Shown here piece after piece: positions 8,151 to 18,125 of a DNA stretch of 64,000 nt. Positions within the stretch are counted from its first letter, which is position 1, and every line of letters begins with the position of its first letter. Source of the DNA: Candidatus Poribacteria bacterium (GTDB lineage Bacteria > Poribacteria > WGA-4E > WGA-3G); NCBI GenBank assembly GCA_965205025.1, contig CBDBFU010000014.1, positions 32,001-96,000 of the forward strand. Reading direction: 5' to 3'. A program made the position numbers and the translations under genes. The notes under the pieces were generated by a model that ran no database searches, had not been told where the DNA came from, and saw only the letters and a program-made list of their open reading frames with translations.

Positions 8151-9449
8151 ATGAAAACAGGTTTTTTGTTTTGGCGACATTGTTTTTTCAACACTAACCA
8201 AAAATTACATTCGCTCGTAATCCTTGGAGCAATTTTACTTACACTCCTCGTTAGTTCCGCTATAGCACAGACAGAAGTCCAGAATATTGCTATTGCAGTA
8301 AATGCATTGGATAAAGACGATTGGGAGGTCACGTCTTCTCTTTCAATTATTGACCTTGATGACCCTGATCTAAAACGAGCAATTGACAAAGAGGTCATTT
8401 CTATAGGTGATGTTCCCACCAGTATACTTATTCATGGACATCTCGCCTATGTTTCACGTTTCGATTGGTTATCGGGGATGTTTAGCGATAACATTCTTAT
8501 TATCAATTTGGAACACAGAGAGATAATAGACACTATTCCTATTGCGTCAGGATCATACCCACAAAGTCTTGCACTCGTTAATTCCAATAAGATGTATGTT
8601 ACCTGTGATAATTCTCATGAGGTGCATGTAGTAAATATTGGATCCCGTAGGGTAACCAAGGTTATCACAGACTCATCCTTTAATAAAACCACTGGTCTTA
8701 CGATACTAAACGGGAAAGCGTATGCTACCAATCCTGCATGGGAATGGGATGCAGATGCAGGTAAATCTGTATATTATCAAAGTAGTGTTACAGTAATTGA
8801 TACACAAACAGATTCCGTCATTAAATCTATACCGATGCCAATAAATGCCGGTGGTATTCTCAATGATGGCGAATCTACTGTAATAGTTAAAACGACAGGT
8901 AATTACGGTGATATTTCGGGGAATCTTGTGTTAATTGATGCAACGATGGATGAAATCATCAAGACGATTGACCTGAAAATGACACCCGGATCATTTGCTA
9001 TTAATTCACAGAAGCAGATATACCTTCAAGGGGGATGGCCGAACCGAGGTCTACTCATCTACGATGTACCGAGTCAAATGTGGATTCGAGATAAGAATGA
9101 TAGACTCGAAGAGTTTGGTGGTGGATCTGGAATGACATTCGGTCCAGATGGCAATCTCTATATTACCAAGCCAGATTGGACTGGTCGTGGTTTGTCTACG
9201 ATGCTGGTGATGGGACCGGATGAGACACTCCTCAAGACTTATGAGCTTGGACACGGAACTGATAGGGTCGCACTAGCACAGATTATACCTCGAAATGAAG
9301 ATGTTAACGACGATGGTTTCGTTGACATCAAAGATCTGATAATTGTTGGTCAGTCTTTTGGACAACGAGGTCCAGCTATTGAGGGCGATATTAACATGGA
9401 TGGAGAGGTTAATATCTTAGACTTAGTTCTTGTGGTTCAGCACTTCTAA
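8151..9449 (+). CDS. Secreted YncE/BtuG-like beta-propeller with C-terminal dockerin-type domain
   Basis: GGAGG SD before ATG 8151; signal peptide ending AIA-Q; propeller repeats (KMYVT, GKAYATN, SSVTVIDTQTD); paired DVNDDGFVDIKDL / DINMDGEVNILDL EF-hand-like repeats. Confidence 0.8.
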   Translation: MKTGFLFWRHCFFNTNQKLHSLVILGAILLTLLVSSAIAQTEVQNIAIAVNALDKDDWEVTSSLSIIDLDDPDLKRAIDKEVISIGDVPTSILIHGHLAYVSRFDWLSGMFSDNILIINLEHREIIDTIPIASGSYPQSLALVNSNKMYVTCDNSHEVHVVNIGSRRVTKVITDSSFNKTTGLTILNGKAYATNPAWEWDADAGKSVYYQSSVTVIDTQTDSVIKSIPMPINAGGILNDGESTVIVKTTGNYGDISGNLVLIDATMDEIIKTIDLKMTPGSFAINSQKQIYLQGGWPNRGLLIYDVPSQMWIRDKNDRLEEFGGGSGMTFGPDGNLYITKPDWTGRGLSTMLVMGPDETLLKTYELGHGTDRVALAQIIPRNEDVNDDGFVDIKDLIIVGQSFGQRGPAIEGDINMDGEVNILDLVLVVQHF

Positions 9450-9658
9450 ACACTTACGTCTGGTGTGTAGAGAATGCAAAGATCCCTACTAATTCTATCT
9501 AATACCATATCCATAAATGTTTATCCCATGAATAGTTGTAAATCATGTCTTGAAATACCGCACACACTGAATGTTTATGCTACATTAAAGAGACTTTACT
9601 TATCAGAAATGGTATAACCTATAATTCACTTTCATCAATTGATGTAAAGGTTTCTATT

Positions 9659-11569
9659 ATGGAAAAATGGGGATTTTTGCTATTCCTACCAATACTATTT
9701 GTCGGTTGTACATCGGAACTCGTAAACCACTCTAATCTATGGCAAATTACATTTTCTCCACTCGGTGCCAATATTCAATTTACTGAAAATGCTCCGATTA
9801 AGAAGGTGTCTACCTACAATTCTGATGGGACAATGGTTGCTCAGATAAGTTTTCCATCACATCCTCGACAAATAGAATCTCTCTATTTTGAATGGAAAGA
9901 GGGGGAAAGTTATAGATTTGAAGCAACCTTGTCCACAGATCAGGTCAACGTTAAAACAGTGTCAACCCCACGTGACTTTTCTCAAGGTGATTTAGAAATA
10001 GCCATTCCTTACGGTACAAGAAATATCTCTACACAGCAATACTCGGTAGAAAGCAAGCAGAAAGCACTCCTTCTACAAGGTAGTGAGATGACAGTTACAA
10101 TCATCGTTAAAAACGGAAATTCCCCTGCTACATTCGACCTTGAATTATGTGTGCCAGAAACATTGGAAGTTATCCTTGCTCCAGAAAAATGGAATGCTGA
10201 AACAAAAGACGACCTAATCTGTTATTCAGTGAACGATTCACTTGCTGTTGCATTTGAGGTATGGCACCGTGATTTGGTTGTGAAGACACCAGAACTTTCA
10301 ATGGTTGAAATGGGGAAATTGGAAAATCAAGAAATATCTGCTGTTGTTCGGTTTACAACAGCAGATGGAAGGGAATGGGAGCAGAAGAGATCGGTACAAT
10401 TACATATAGCAACTGTCCCTGAAATCTCTCAATTTCTATCCATAGAATCTATAAAAATGCCAACAGATGCAGCGGGTAAAGTTGATGCCAAACAGCGAGA
10501 AGATTCTATTTACTATTCCCGTCCTTTGTTTGGTTGGCTTTCAACACTTCAAACTGATGAATATACCCCAATAAGTTATCAAACAGTCCATATCCGAAAT
10601 CAGATTGACGAGACAATTCATGTTGTTGTCACTTCAATAAACCGTGAAATAACAACTGGTGAAGCGGTTCGTTTTCTTGCTCCACCAGATGAAGTAAATG
10701 CTGGAACAGATCGTAGTGTTAGTTTCGCGAGTCTCGCACCGGGTGAACAGACTCCAATACCCTTGCCGATCTATTTTCATGGGCATTTAGCGAAAGCAGG
10801 TGAATATGAACGTGAGATAGCAGTTAAAATTTGGGGAAGTGATACAACTGTTCTCAGTGAAAAGAGAGCGCTACATATTATTGTTCCAAACCGACATGCC
10901 TTATTCGTGAGTGGATTGGCAATCCTTGCGAGTTCCATCGGTCTTGTAGTTTTACTAAGGTATCATAGACAATTTTTCACTCGTTTTACAACGAAGCAGT
11001 TAATTGTCATCGCTCTGTTCGGTACCACGATTTTTGTTGCAGTTGTTGTACCGTCTACACTTTTTCTGAATCTAAGCCGAGTTATTCTTGGACCTTTTTC
11101 TGGACTGTTAACCGGTCTTATTAATGAGACACTCTACTATGCCTTACTCACTGCATTGTTGATCTATATTTACGGTTCTCCTCATGATAAGTCAGAAAAA
11201 AATCTACAAGTATCTAACAAAGGAGGCGTAATCCTTCTCGTTTCTGCAGTACGATTACTACTCGGGGGTATTACATTCGGTCTGTTTACTCCGATGACGA
11301 TTATCTACACTGGGACAAGTGTTATTTTGTTAGAAATGGGTTTTTTCTTTGTTCGGAGACGCGGTTTACTGGTCTGGGCACTTGTTCTCGGAGTATGTGA
11401 TGCGATTGCAGTTTATGTAGATTTTCAACTTTCAATTCTGTTCTATCGGCTTTTTTTCGCATATTGGTATATTGTATTACGAATATTTATTGAAGGATTT
11501 GCTTATACATTCATCGGTGTATTACTGGGTGCAAAATTAGGAAAGGGTCTATGGAAAGTTGTAGATTAG
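9659..11569 (+). CDS. Lipoprotein with large extracytoplasmic beta-rich region fused to an ECF S-component-like multi-TM C-terminus
   Basis: Lipobox-like LFVG-C; about 400 aa soluble region; several TM helices starting RFTTKQLIVIALFG, which resembles S-component N-termini. Confidence 0.6.
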   Translation: MEKWGFLLFLPILFVGCTSELVNHSNLWQITFSPLGANIQFTENAPIKKVSTYNSDGTMVAQISFPSHPRQIESLYFEWKEGESYRFEATLSTDQVNVKTVSTPRDFSQGDLEIAIPYGTRNISTQQYSVESKQKALLLQGSEMTVTIIVKNGNSPATFDLELCVPETLEVILAPEKWNAETKDDLICYSVNDSLAVAFEVWHRDLVVKTPELSMVEMGKLENQEISAVVRFTTADGREWEQKRSVQLHIATVPEISQFLSIESIKMPTDAAGKVDAKQREDSIYYSRPLFGWLSTLQTDEYTPISYQTVHIRNQIDETIHVVVTSINREITTGEAVRFLAPPDEVNAGTDRSVSFASLAPGEQTPIPLPIYFHGHLAKAGEYEREIAVKIWGSDTTVLSEKRALHIIVPNRHALFVSGLAILASSIGLVVLLRYHRQFFTRFTTKQLIVIALFGTTIFVAVVVPSTLFLNLSRVILGPFSGLLTGLINETLYYALLTALLIYIYGSPHDKSEKNLQVSNKGGVILLVSAVRLLLGGITFGLFTPMTIIYTGTSVILLEMGFFFVRRRGLLVWALVLGVCDAIAVYVDFQLSILFYRLFFAYWYIVLRIFIEGFAYTFIGVLLGAKLGKGLWKVVD

Positions 11570-11759
11570 GTCAGAAGATATTAGAGCATATATCATAAAT
11601 CATATATTTTGAGGATTCTTCAATATTTCCATTTACTATATATTGAACAACGGACGGGAGATCCATCCTTACGTAGAGGAATTATGTCCATACGAACGAG
11701 TTGTATTTGTGAGATACACTGAATATACATCTGAAATTAATAATCATAAGGAAACAAAA

Positions 11760-13412
11760 ATGAAACTATTCAAAAAACTCAGTCTGATGTTATTACTAAT
11801 TATCTTACCCACCAGCATAGTCATGGCTGATTTTAATGTGGTTTGGGTTCGAACAGGAATTGTTCTTGAATCTGAGACGAAAGATGATTTTGAAACTAAT
11901 ATAAGGATTGAAGTTGGACAGCAAGATGATGCTTTTGAAACCGTTAAATCTATAAGACTTGATGATAAACGCATCTTATTACAATCAACATGGCAAGCAG
12001 GTAAAACATATACGATCCGCGTGGATAAAAATACAATTAAGGTTACATCACCACTAAAACCCCAACCTTATCTCATCCATACGATAGAGTTAGATGGATT
12101 ATTATCTTTGTTGGAAAACCTGCGACAACCCGCCAAACCCACTGCAATAGCATTTAGCAATAGAACAGATGAGTTAAAACTGGCTATTGCTACAGATAGA
12201 GGACATATCGCAATACTAAGATCTATAACTGGAGAAACTATATGGAAAACACGGATCTCTGAAGGATATGTTAGACAGATCACATTTAGTGCAGATGATT
12301 CGCTACTTTATGTTGGAGAACAGGCTACCGACGGTTTTGTCTATTGTTATGAATTGTCAAGTGATCCACCGAATCTTCGTTGGAAATATCGCACGGCAGA
12401 TGATATTGAAACATCTACTCCCACTGATCCTGATAGCGTATATGCTTGGGTCAGTTATCCCGGACAATCTTGCATGAAGGCATTGCCGAACGGGGATCTC
12501 TTAGTATCGGGTGTTCATTCCTGGACAAGAGAAGAAAAACCTGAAAAACGTTCTATACTCTATAGGTTTGATTCACAGACTGGTCAGGTGAAGTGGAAAT
12601 ATCCGAGTGAAGAACCGATACAGAAGATATATCGATGGTTTGATGTGAGTGAGGATGGAAAGACACTTGCACTTCTTACAGATGATAGTGGTAATGGAAA
12701 CGGGATGTTATCTGTTTTTGATGTTGAAACTGGCACTGAAAATTGGTCTTCAGAAGTTGAACCATTGACACCATATTTTAAAGGGGTAACTTTTTGGCGT
12801 GGGGTTAGTATGTCGCCTAATGGGAAGTCAATCAATGTGACAACCGATGATGGACGCGCCTTCATTTTTGATGTAGAAAAATCGGAACCAATATGGCAAG
12901 AGAAATTAGCTTCACCATTAGAGGTGAGTGGTGTCCCAATTATCGCTACAACTGGAACAATTGGATCAACGGACACACATGCTCTCTTTGTTACAGGAGA
13001 CACATATATACCATACCATCTTCAAAAAGGAGCACAACGTCCATCTACAATGCATCCTAATGGGATGACCTTATTTGCGTTTTCGTGGAGTGGTGAAAAG
13101 AAATGGCAGTGGAAGCTTGAGAATATGCCACAAGGATTACGAATTGATGGACAAAACCGTTATGCTGCATTAGGAGTCTCAAAACGGAGTAAGAATCCTA
13201 AGGAAAGTCTTCACGGTGTGTCGGTTTTTGATCTGTCTGCTGAAGGAAGTGGTTTATCAAAATATCTTTTTACCTATCGTACTGAAGGGCAACTTCCCTA
13301 TGATACACTTGCGATTAGTTCTGATGGTTCAGTTATTGCCATAGTAGAAATGCCGATTTCATTACCAGATGATACTCTACTTGGTAAAAATCAGGTTCAT
13401 CTGTTATATTAA
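11760..13412 (+). CDS. Secreted PQQ-like/WD40 beta-propeller protein
   Basis: AAGGA SD, ATG 11760, signal peptide, repeated TGExxW motifs (TGETIWK, TGQVKWK, TGTENWS). Confidence 0.75.
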   Translation: MKLFKKLSLMLLLIILPTSIVMADFNVVWVRTGIVLESETKDDFETNIRIEVGQQDDAFETVKSIRLDDKRILLQSTWQAGKTYTIRVDKNTIKVTSPLKPQPYLIHTIELDGLLSLLENLRQPAKPTAIAFSNRTDELKLAIATDRGHIAILRSITGETIWKTRISEGYVRQITFSADDSLLYVGEQATDGFVYCYELSSDPPNLRWKYRTADDIETSTPTDPDSVYAWVSYPGQSCMKALPNGDLLVSGVHSWTREEKPEKRSILYRFDSQTGQVKWKYPSEEPIQKIYRWFDVSEDGKTLALLTDDSGNGNGMLSVFDVETGTENWSSEVEPLTPYFKGVTFWRGVSMSPNGKSINVTTDDGRAFIFDVEKSEPIWQEKLASPLEVSGVPIIATTGTIGSTDTHALFVTGDTYIPYHLQKGAQRPSTMHPNGMTLFAFSWSGEKKWQWKLENMPQGLRIDGQNRYAALGVSKRSKNPKESLHGVSVFDLSAEGSGLSKYLFTYRTEGQLPYDTLAISSDGSVIAIVEMPISLPDDTLLGKNQVHLLY

Positions 13413-13430
13413 CTATTGATATCCTTAGTG

Positions 13431-13459
13431 TTGACAGATGCAGTTTCCAAAAGTATACT
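13431..13459 (+). promoter_or_regulatory. Near-consensus sigma70 promoter of the AlbA-ParA pair
   Basis: TTGACA-17-TATACT. Confidence 0.75.
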
Positions 13460-13535
13460 TGTAATGTTTATAGTAAAGCATTCCTATGGAATACCTTTAT
13501 ATACACCTTAAAGTTGCGTAGTACTGCTAAAAGGA

Positions 13536-14747
13536 ATGGAAATGCGGCATTTTACAGATGAAGAGTTATTGCAAATAATTGAAGATGATGAATCTGATCG
13601 TGTGGAGTTCAAGGAATCATTATCTGGTGATGCTCCTGAGAAAATTAGGATGGCTATCTGTGCATTTTCTAACGATCTTCCCAACCATGGGCAACCGGGT
13701 TTTATTTTTCTCGGTGTAAAACCCGACAGTACGATTGTTGGATTCCAGGTGACAGATGAATTACTCAGACGTTTAGGAGATATGAAAACAGATGGAAATA
13801 TTCTCCCTCCGCCATCACTGACTGTTGAAAAACGGGAATTACAGGAAAAAGAAATTGCTATTGTAAAAGTGGAACCCTCTAATTCTCCACCGGTAAGATT
13901 TAAAGGTGTCATCCATATCCGGACGGGTTCTCGTCAAGACATTGCAAATGCTCAAGATGAAAGAATACTCAATGAAAAACGTCGATACGGTGAACGGCCA
14001 TTTGACTTATACTCTATTCCATCTTCTATAATATCCGATCTAAATCTTCCATTATTTAATTACGAATATCTTCCTCAGTCTGTTTCTCAAGAAATCTTAG
14101 AACAGAATGAAAGAACTCTAAATGAGCAATTAGCAGCAACAAAGATGATAGCCTCCGTGGATGAACCTATACCTACAGTGCTTGGAATTTTGACACTTGG
14201 AAAGAGTCCACAAGATTTTCTACACGGTGCATATATCCAGTTCCTAAGAATTGATGGAAATGAACTAACAGATGAGATTATTGACAGTGAAGATATCAGA
14301 GGTGCAATTTCTGACCAGATACGTCGATTAGATGAGAAATTGATGGGGCATAATCGAGTTGCGGTTGATATTACTTCTGGTCCAGTTGAGAAGCGAACTG
14401 CCGATTATCCTTTAGAAGCACTGCAGCAGATTACTCGAAATGCTATTATGCACAGAACTTATGAAGGTACAAACGCACCTGTTCGGGTTAGTTGGTTTAA
14501 TAATAGAATAGAGGTGTTAAGTCCAGGTGGTCCTTACGGAACAATCTCAGCAGAGAACTTTGGGGAGTCAGGATTAGCAGAATACCGTAATCCAAATCTT
14601 GCTGAAGCTATGAGAACACTTGGTTATGTTCAACGTTTCGGTGTTGGTATATCCATAAGCAGAAGACTCCTTCAAACTGCAGGTCATCCAGAATTAGAGT
14701 TTGAAGTAATCACAAATTATGTTAGGGCAACTATATTGTCAACCTGA
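13536..14747 (+). CDS. Schlafen/AlbA_2 domain + RecG-C/HATPase-like domain protein
   Basis: ESDRVEFKES, AICAFSND, GFIFLGV (AlbA_2); ALQQITRNAIMHRTY, IEVLSPGG, YRNPNLAEAM..GYVQRFGVGI (HATPase-like). Confidence 0.85.
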   Translation: MEMRHFTDEELLQIIEDDESDRVEFKESLSGDAPEKIRMAICAFSNDLPNHGQPGFIFLGVKPDSTIVGFQVTDELLRRLGDMKTDGNILPPPSLTVEKRELQEKEIAIVKVEPSNSPPVRFKGVIHIRTGSRQDIANAQDERILNEKRRYGERPFDLYSIPSSIISDLNLPLFNYEYLPQSVSQEILEQNERTLNEQLAATKMIASVDEPIPTVLGILTLGKSPQDFLHGAYIQFLRIDGNELTDEIIDSEDIRGAISDQIRRLDEKLMGHNRVAVDITSGPVEKRTADYPLEALQQITRNAIMHRTYEGTNAPVRVSWFNNRIEVLSPGGPYGTISAENFGESGLAEYRNPNLAEAMRTLGYVQRFGVGISISRRLLQTAGHPELEFEVITNYVRATILST

Positions 14748-14764
14748 ATTGGAGATTAATTGAA

Positions 14765-15793
14765 ATGTCTGTTCCAATATTAACATTCTTTAATAACAAA
14801 GGTGGCGTTGGTAAAACCTCTCTTGTCTATCATCTCGCCTGGATGTTCTATGATCTTGGGTATCGTGTCCTTGCATGTGACCTTGATCCTCAGGCAAATC
14901 TCACAAGTATGTTTTTACATGAGGAACGACTTGAAGTGTTATGGACTGAGGAGGGGGATAGAAAAACTATCTATAATGCACTACTACCCCTTTTAAATGG
15001 TACAGGGGACATTAAACATGCACATTTGGAAAATATTACTCATGGGGTATTCAGACAAGAGTTAAGTCTTATTGTTGGAGATCTTATGTTATCATCGGCA
15101 GAAGACGAACTCTCAAGACAATGGCCAGAATGCTTAGATCGACGAACTCGTGCTTTCCGTGTAATTTCAGCACTCTGGAGAATATTGCAAAATGCTGCAA
15201 ATGAACGAGATGTTGATATTATCTTGGTGGATGTAGGACCTAATTTAGGAGCACTGAATAGAGCTGTTTTAGTAGCTACAGACTATGTTATTGTACCACT
15301 TGGGGCAGACCTATTCTCTCTTCAAGGGTTAAGAAATCTTGGTCCTACATTACAGAATTGGCGTGATGGATGGAAAGATAGACGTAACCGAAATCCTGAT
15401 CCTGACTTACCTATGCCAGAAGGTAAAATTACACCAATTGGCTATGTCGTTCAACAGTATAGTGTCCGTTTGGACCGTCCAGTTTTGGCTTATGATAAAT
15501 GGGTTAATCGAATGCCAGCAGAATATTCTCGAAATCTATTAAGGGACAAAACTGGACCATATGCAAAAACACCTGAAGAAGATAAGAAGAACTCTCTTGG
15601 GACTGTCAAGCACTATAGAAGTCTCGTTCCAATGGCACAGGAAGCACGTAAACCTATTTTCCATTTAAAGCCAGTTGATGGGGCAATCGGAGCACATGCA
15701 AGTGCTGCCGAATCGGCATATCACGATTTCAAAATCTTAGCTGAGAAAGTAGTGAAAAGAATTGACATTAATACTACCATTTCACTTGAATAG
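14765..15793 (+). CDS. ParA/Soj-family ATPase (orphan, no parB)
   Basis: Deviant Walker A FNNKGGVGKT, DLDPQANLT, ILVDVGPNLG. Confidence 0.9.
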   Translation: MSVPILTFFNNKGGVGKTSLVYHLAWMFYDLGYRVLACDLDPQANLTSMFLHEERLEVLWTEEGDRKTIYNALLPLLNGTGDIKHAHLENITHGVFRQELSLIVGDLMLSSAEDELSRQWPECLDRRTRAFRVISALWRILQNAANERDVDIILVDVGPNLGALNRAVLVATDYVIVPLGADLFSLQGLRNLGPTLQNWRDGWKDRRNRNPDPDLPMPEGKITPIGYVVQQYSVRLDRPVLAYDKWVNRMPAEYSRNLLRDKTGPYAKTPEEDKKNSLGTVKHYRSLVPMAQEARKPIFHLKPVDGAIGAHASAAESAYHDFKILAEKVVKRIDINTTISLE

Positions 15794-16306
15794 TATGTAG
15801 AGTTCCTATACAAGCTCGATATAATTGTGCTAATTTGATTATAGACAAGACTAAATTCCACGTTATTACCCTTTATTTCGCTACTAACCATAATTAACAA
15901 ACATCACCACTCATGAATAGTCCTATTACCACCTTAAACAATAATGAATAGGTGTGAATCCTTGCTAATATAGGGTTTATTTGTATTTAAACTTTATGAA
16001 TTCAGTAACCGTTTGATTTAATCAAACGTATATATAGGAAACATACGGTAATATTGCGTTTTAGCAAGGTCACCTAAATGTTGAATGTTCTCAGAATTGA
16101 GTCGTACCTTGACAGCGGTAAAATTCTGAATAACAGACGGAACCACATTACGTTTTTACTTAATATTATTGTATATAGTAAAATTAATCCATAGTAGTAA
16201 GGTTTCATTGAAATTACATTTCAGTCACTGTATTTACTCACAATAGGTTCTAATGATCCTTAGGGAGTTTTGACTGAAAAACTTAATTATAAAAGGAAGT
16301 TAAATC

Positions 16307-16591
16307 ATGGCAAAGAAATTGATGAAGGATGACATTATCAACAGCGTCGTTGACAAAACTGGTTTGAGCAAAAAAGATGCTGGGTCAGCTGTTGAAGCGT
16401 TCACCTCTACAGTCCAGGATGCCTTGAAAAAAGGTAATTCCATTGGTCTTATCGGCTTTGGAACTTTTGAAGTCAGAACTCGTGCTGCTCGTGAAGGACG
16501 CAACCCCCAAACAGGCGAAGCCCTTAAGATTCCTAAGAAGAAGGTCCCCGCATTTAAAGCCGGTAAAAAACTTAAAGACGCTGTCTCCTAA
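16307..16591 (+). CDS. hup: DNA-binding protein HU
   Basis: GFGTFEV, RAAREGRNPQTGE, VPAFKAGKKLKDAV. Confidence 0.97.
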   Translation: MAKKLMKDDIINSVVDKTGLSKKDAGSAVEAFTSTVQDALKKGNSIGLIGFGTFEVRTRAAREGRNPQTGEALKIPKKKVPAFKAGKKLKDAVS

Positions 16592-16607
16592 GAGTTGGCT
16601 TGCTTGT

Positions 16608-16662
16608 AAAAAAGTCGTTGTATGGCATTCTATCCCTGATATGGTGTCTACTTCGACTTTTT
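16608..16662 (+). terminator. Terminator-like hairpin after hup
   Basis: AAAAAAGTCG...CGACTTTTTT flanking an imperfect inner stem. Confidence 0.55.
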
Positions 16663-16973
16663 TCATTTTAATGGAAATGGTATTTTCACCCTAAACTAAC
16701 CCATTTATACAACGCCTAATTCAGAAAGAATAGTTCTCATTTTGAAATATTCCACCGAAATCTGCTCTGATTTAACCCACCACGGATCGTAAATCCTGTT
16801 ATTTTACCTATTGATTATCTCACTGATGTTCATTAGTGAGTTCTCCAATTTTGATTGTAATAACTCGTTCTCTGTGCTATTATAGAGGGTATATATCCTA
16901 CTTGTATTTGATGATAATAGGTATAAAAAGTAGGATGATTTCATGTTGGAATGGACGGTTTCAGGAGTTTTTC

Positions 16974-18027
16974 ATGTTGATTAGAACGAGATCACCGGTA
17001 CGTATAGATTTTGCTGGAGGTTGGACAGATGTTGCCCTATTCACTGAAGAATCCAAGGGATTAGTTGTCAACGGAGCAATCAATCGATATGCGTATGCTA
17101 CACTCGTTTTTGATGGGGATACCGAATTTTTCAGATTCAGTTGAACTTCAACGCGTCATAGATAAAAGTATACGTATCTATTCAGCAGATTTTGATACTT
17201 TTGTCGAAGCAGAGGATGTCCGTCAGCTTGAATATGACGGAAATATTGATCTGGTAAAAGCAGCTGTTCGACAAATGTCAATTCAGTTTGGTGGGTTTGA
17301 TCTAATTACACAATCAAATGCTCCTCCAGGAAGCGGGCTCGGCACCTCAGCTGCAATGGGTGTCACCTTGATTGGCGTGCTTGGGGCACTTAAGGATGTA
17401 ACCTATGTTCCCTATCAATATGCGGAACTCGCCAGTAGCATTGAACGCCATGAACTCGGTATTCTCGGTGGGAAACAAGACCATTATGCCAGTGCAATAG
17501 GCGGCATTAGTTTCATGGAATTCCAGGATGAAGAAGTAAAGACCTCCACTCTAACTTTACCTTCCGACATCCGATATGAATTAGAGAAAAATTTAGTATT
17601 ATGCTATACCGGTCAATCACGATTATCAGGAAGTATTCATCAGAATGTCACACAGGCTTATAAGAGTGAAGAACCGGGTGTAAGAAATGCTTTAGACTCT
17701 TTAAAAGATATTGCTGAATCCACAAAAAATGCACTCATGCGTGGACGGTTAACCGATTTTGGTGAACTACTCACTGAAAACTGGCAGAATCAAAAGAAAC
17801 TACATCCATCCGTGACAAATGATCGGATTGAGAAATTATTTAAAATTGCAAATGAGAATGGTGCAATTGGAGGAAAAGCTTGTGGTGCTGGTGGTGGAGG
17901 GTGTCTTCTCTTCTATTGTCAACCTACTCGAGAACATAGTGTACGACAAAAACTTGAAGATGCTGGCACAAGAATCATTGACTTCAATTTTGATTTTGAT
18001 GGACTTCAAATCTGGAAGGCAGATTAG
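16974..18027 (+). CDS. hddA: GHMP kinase, HddA-like (D-glycero-D-manno-heptose 7-phosphate kinase), with +1 frameshift near 17107-17131
   Basis: RSPVRIDFAGGWTD in one frame; PPGSGLGTS, GGKQDHYA and GGKACGAGGGG in the next. Removing one base from a short homopolymer restores the frame. Confidence 0.75.
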
Positions 18028-18125
18028 ATTACTATACATAAATACCATAGTTCATGTCAATTGACACATAATTTCCCTTTTAATTCGATTCATTCCAACC
18101 ATAAATACACTCAGAAGGAAACTTC

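Noticed and set aside
11651-11672. Degenerate GTAG REP-like sequence (reverse complement GTAAGGATGGATCTCCCGTCCG)
   Set aside because: Too diverged and single; cannot be supported without genome-wide counts
16013-16025. FNR box
   Set aside because: TTGAT-ATCAA spacing is 3 nt, not the required 4
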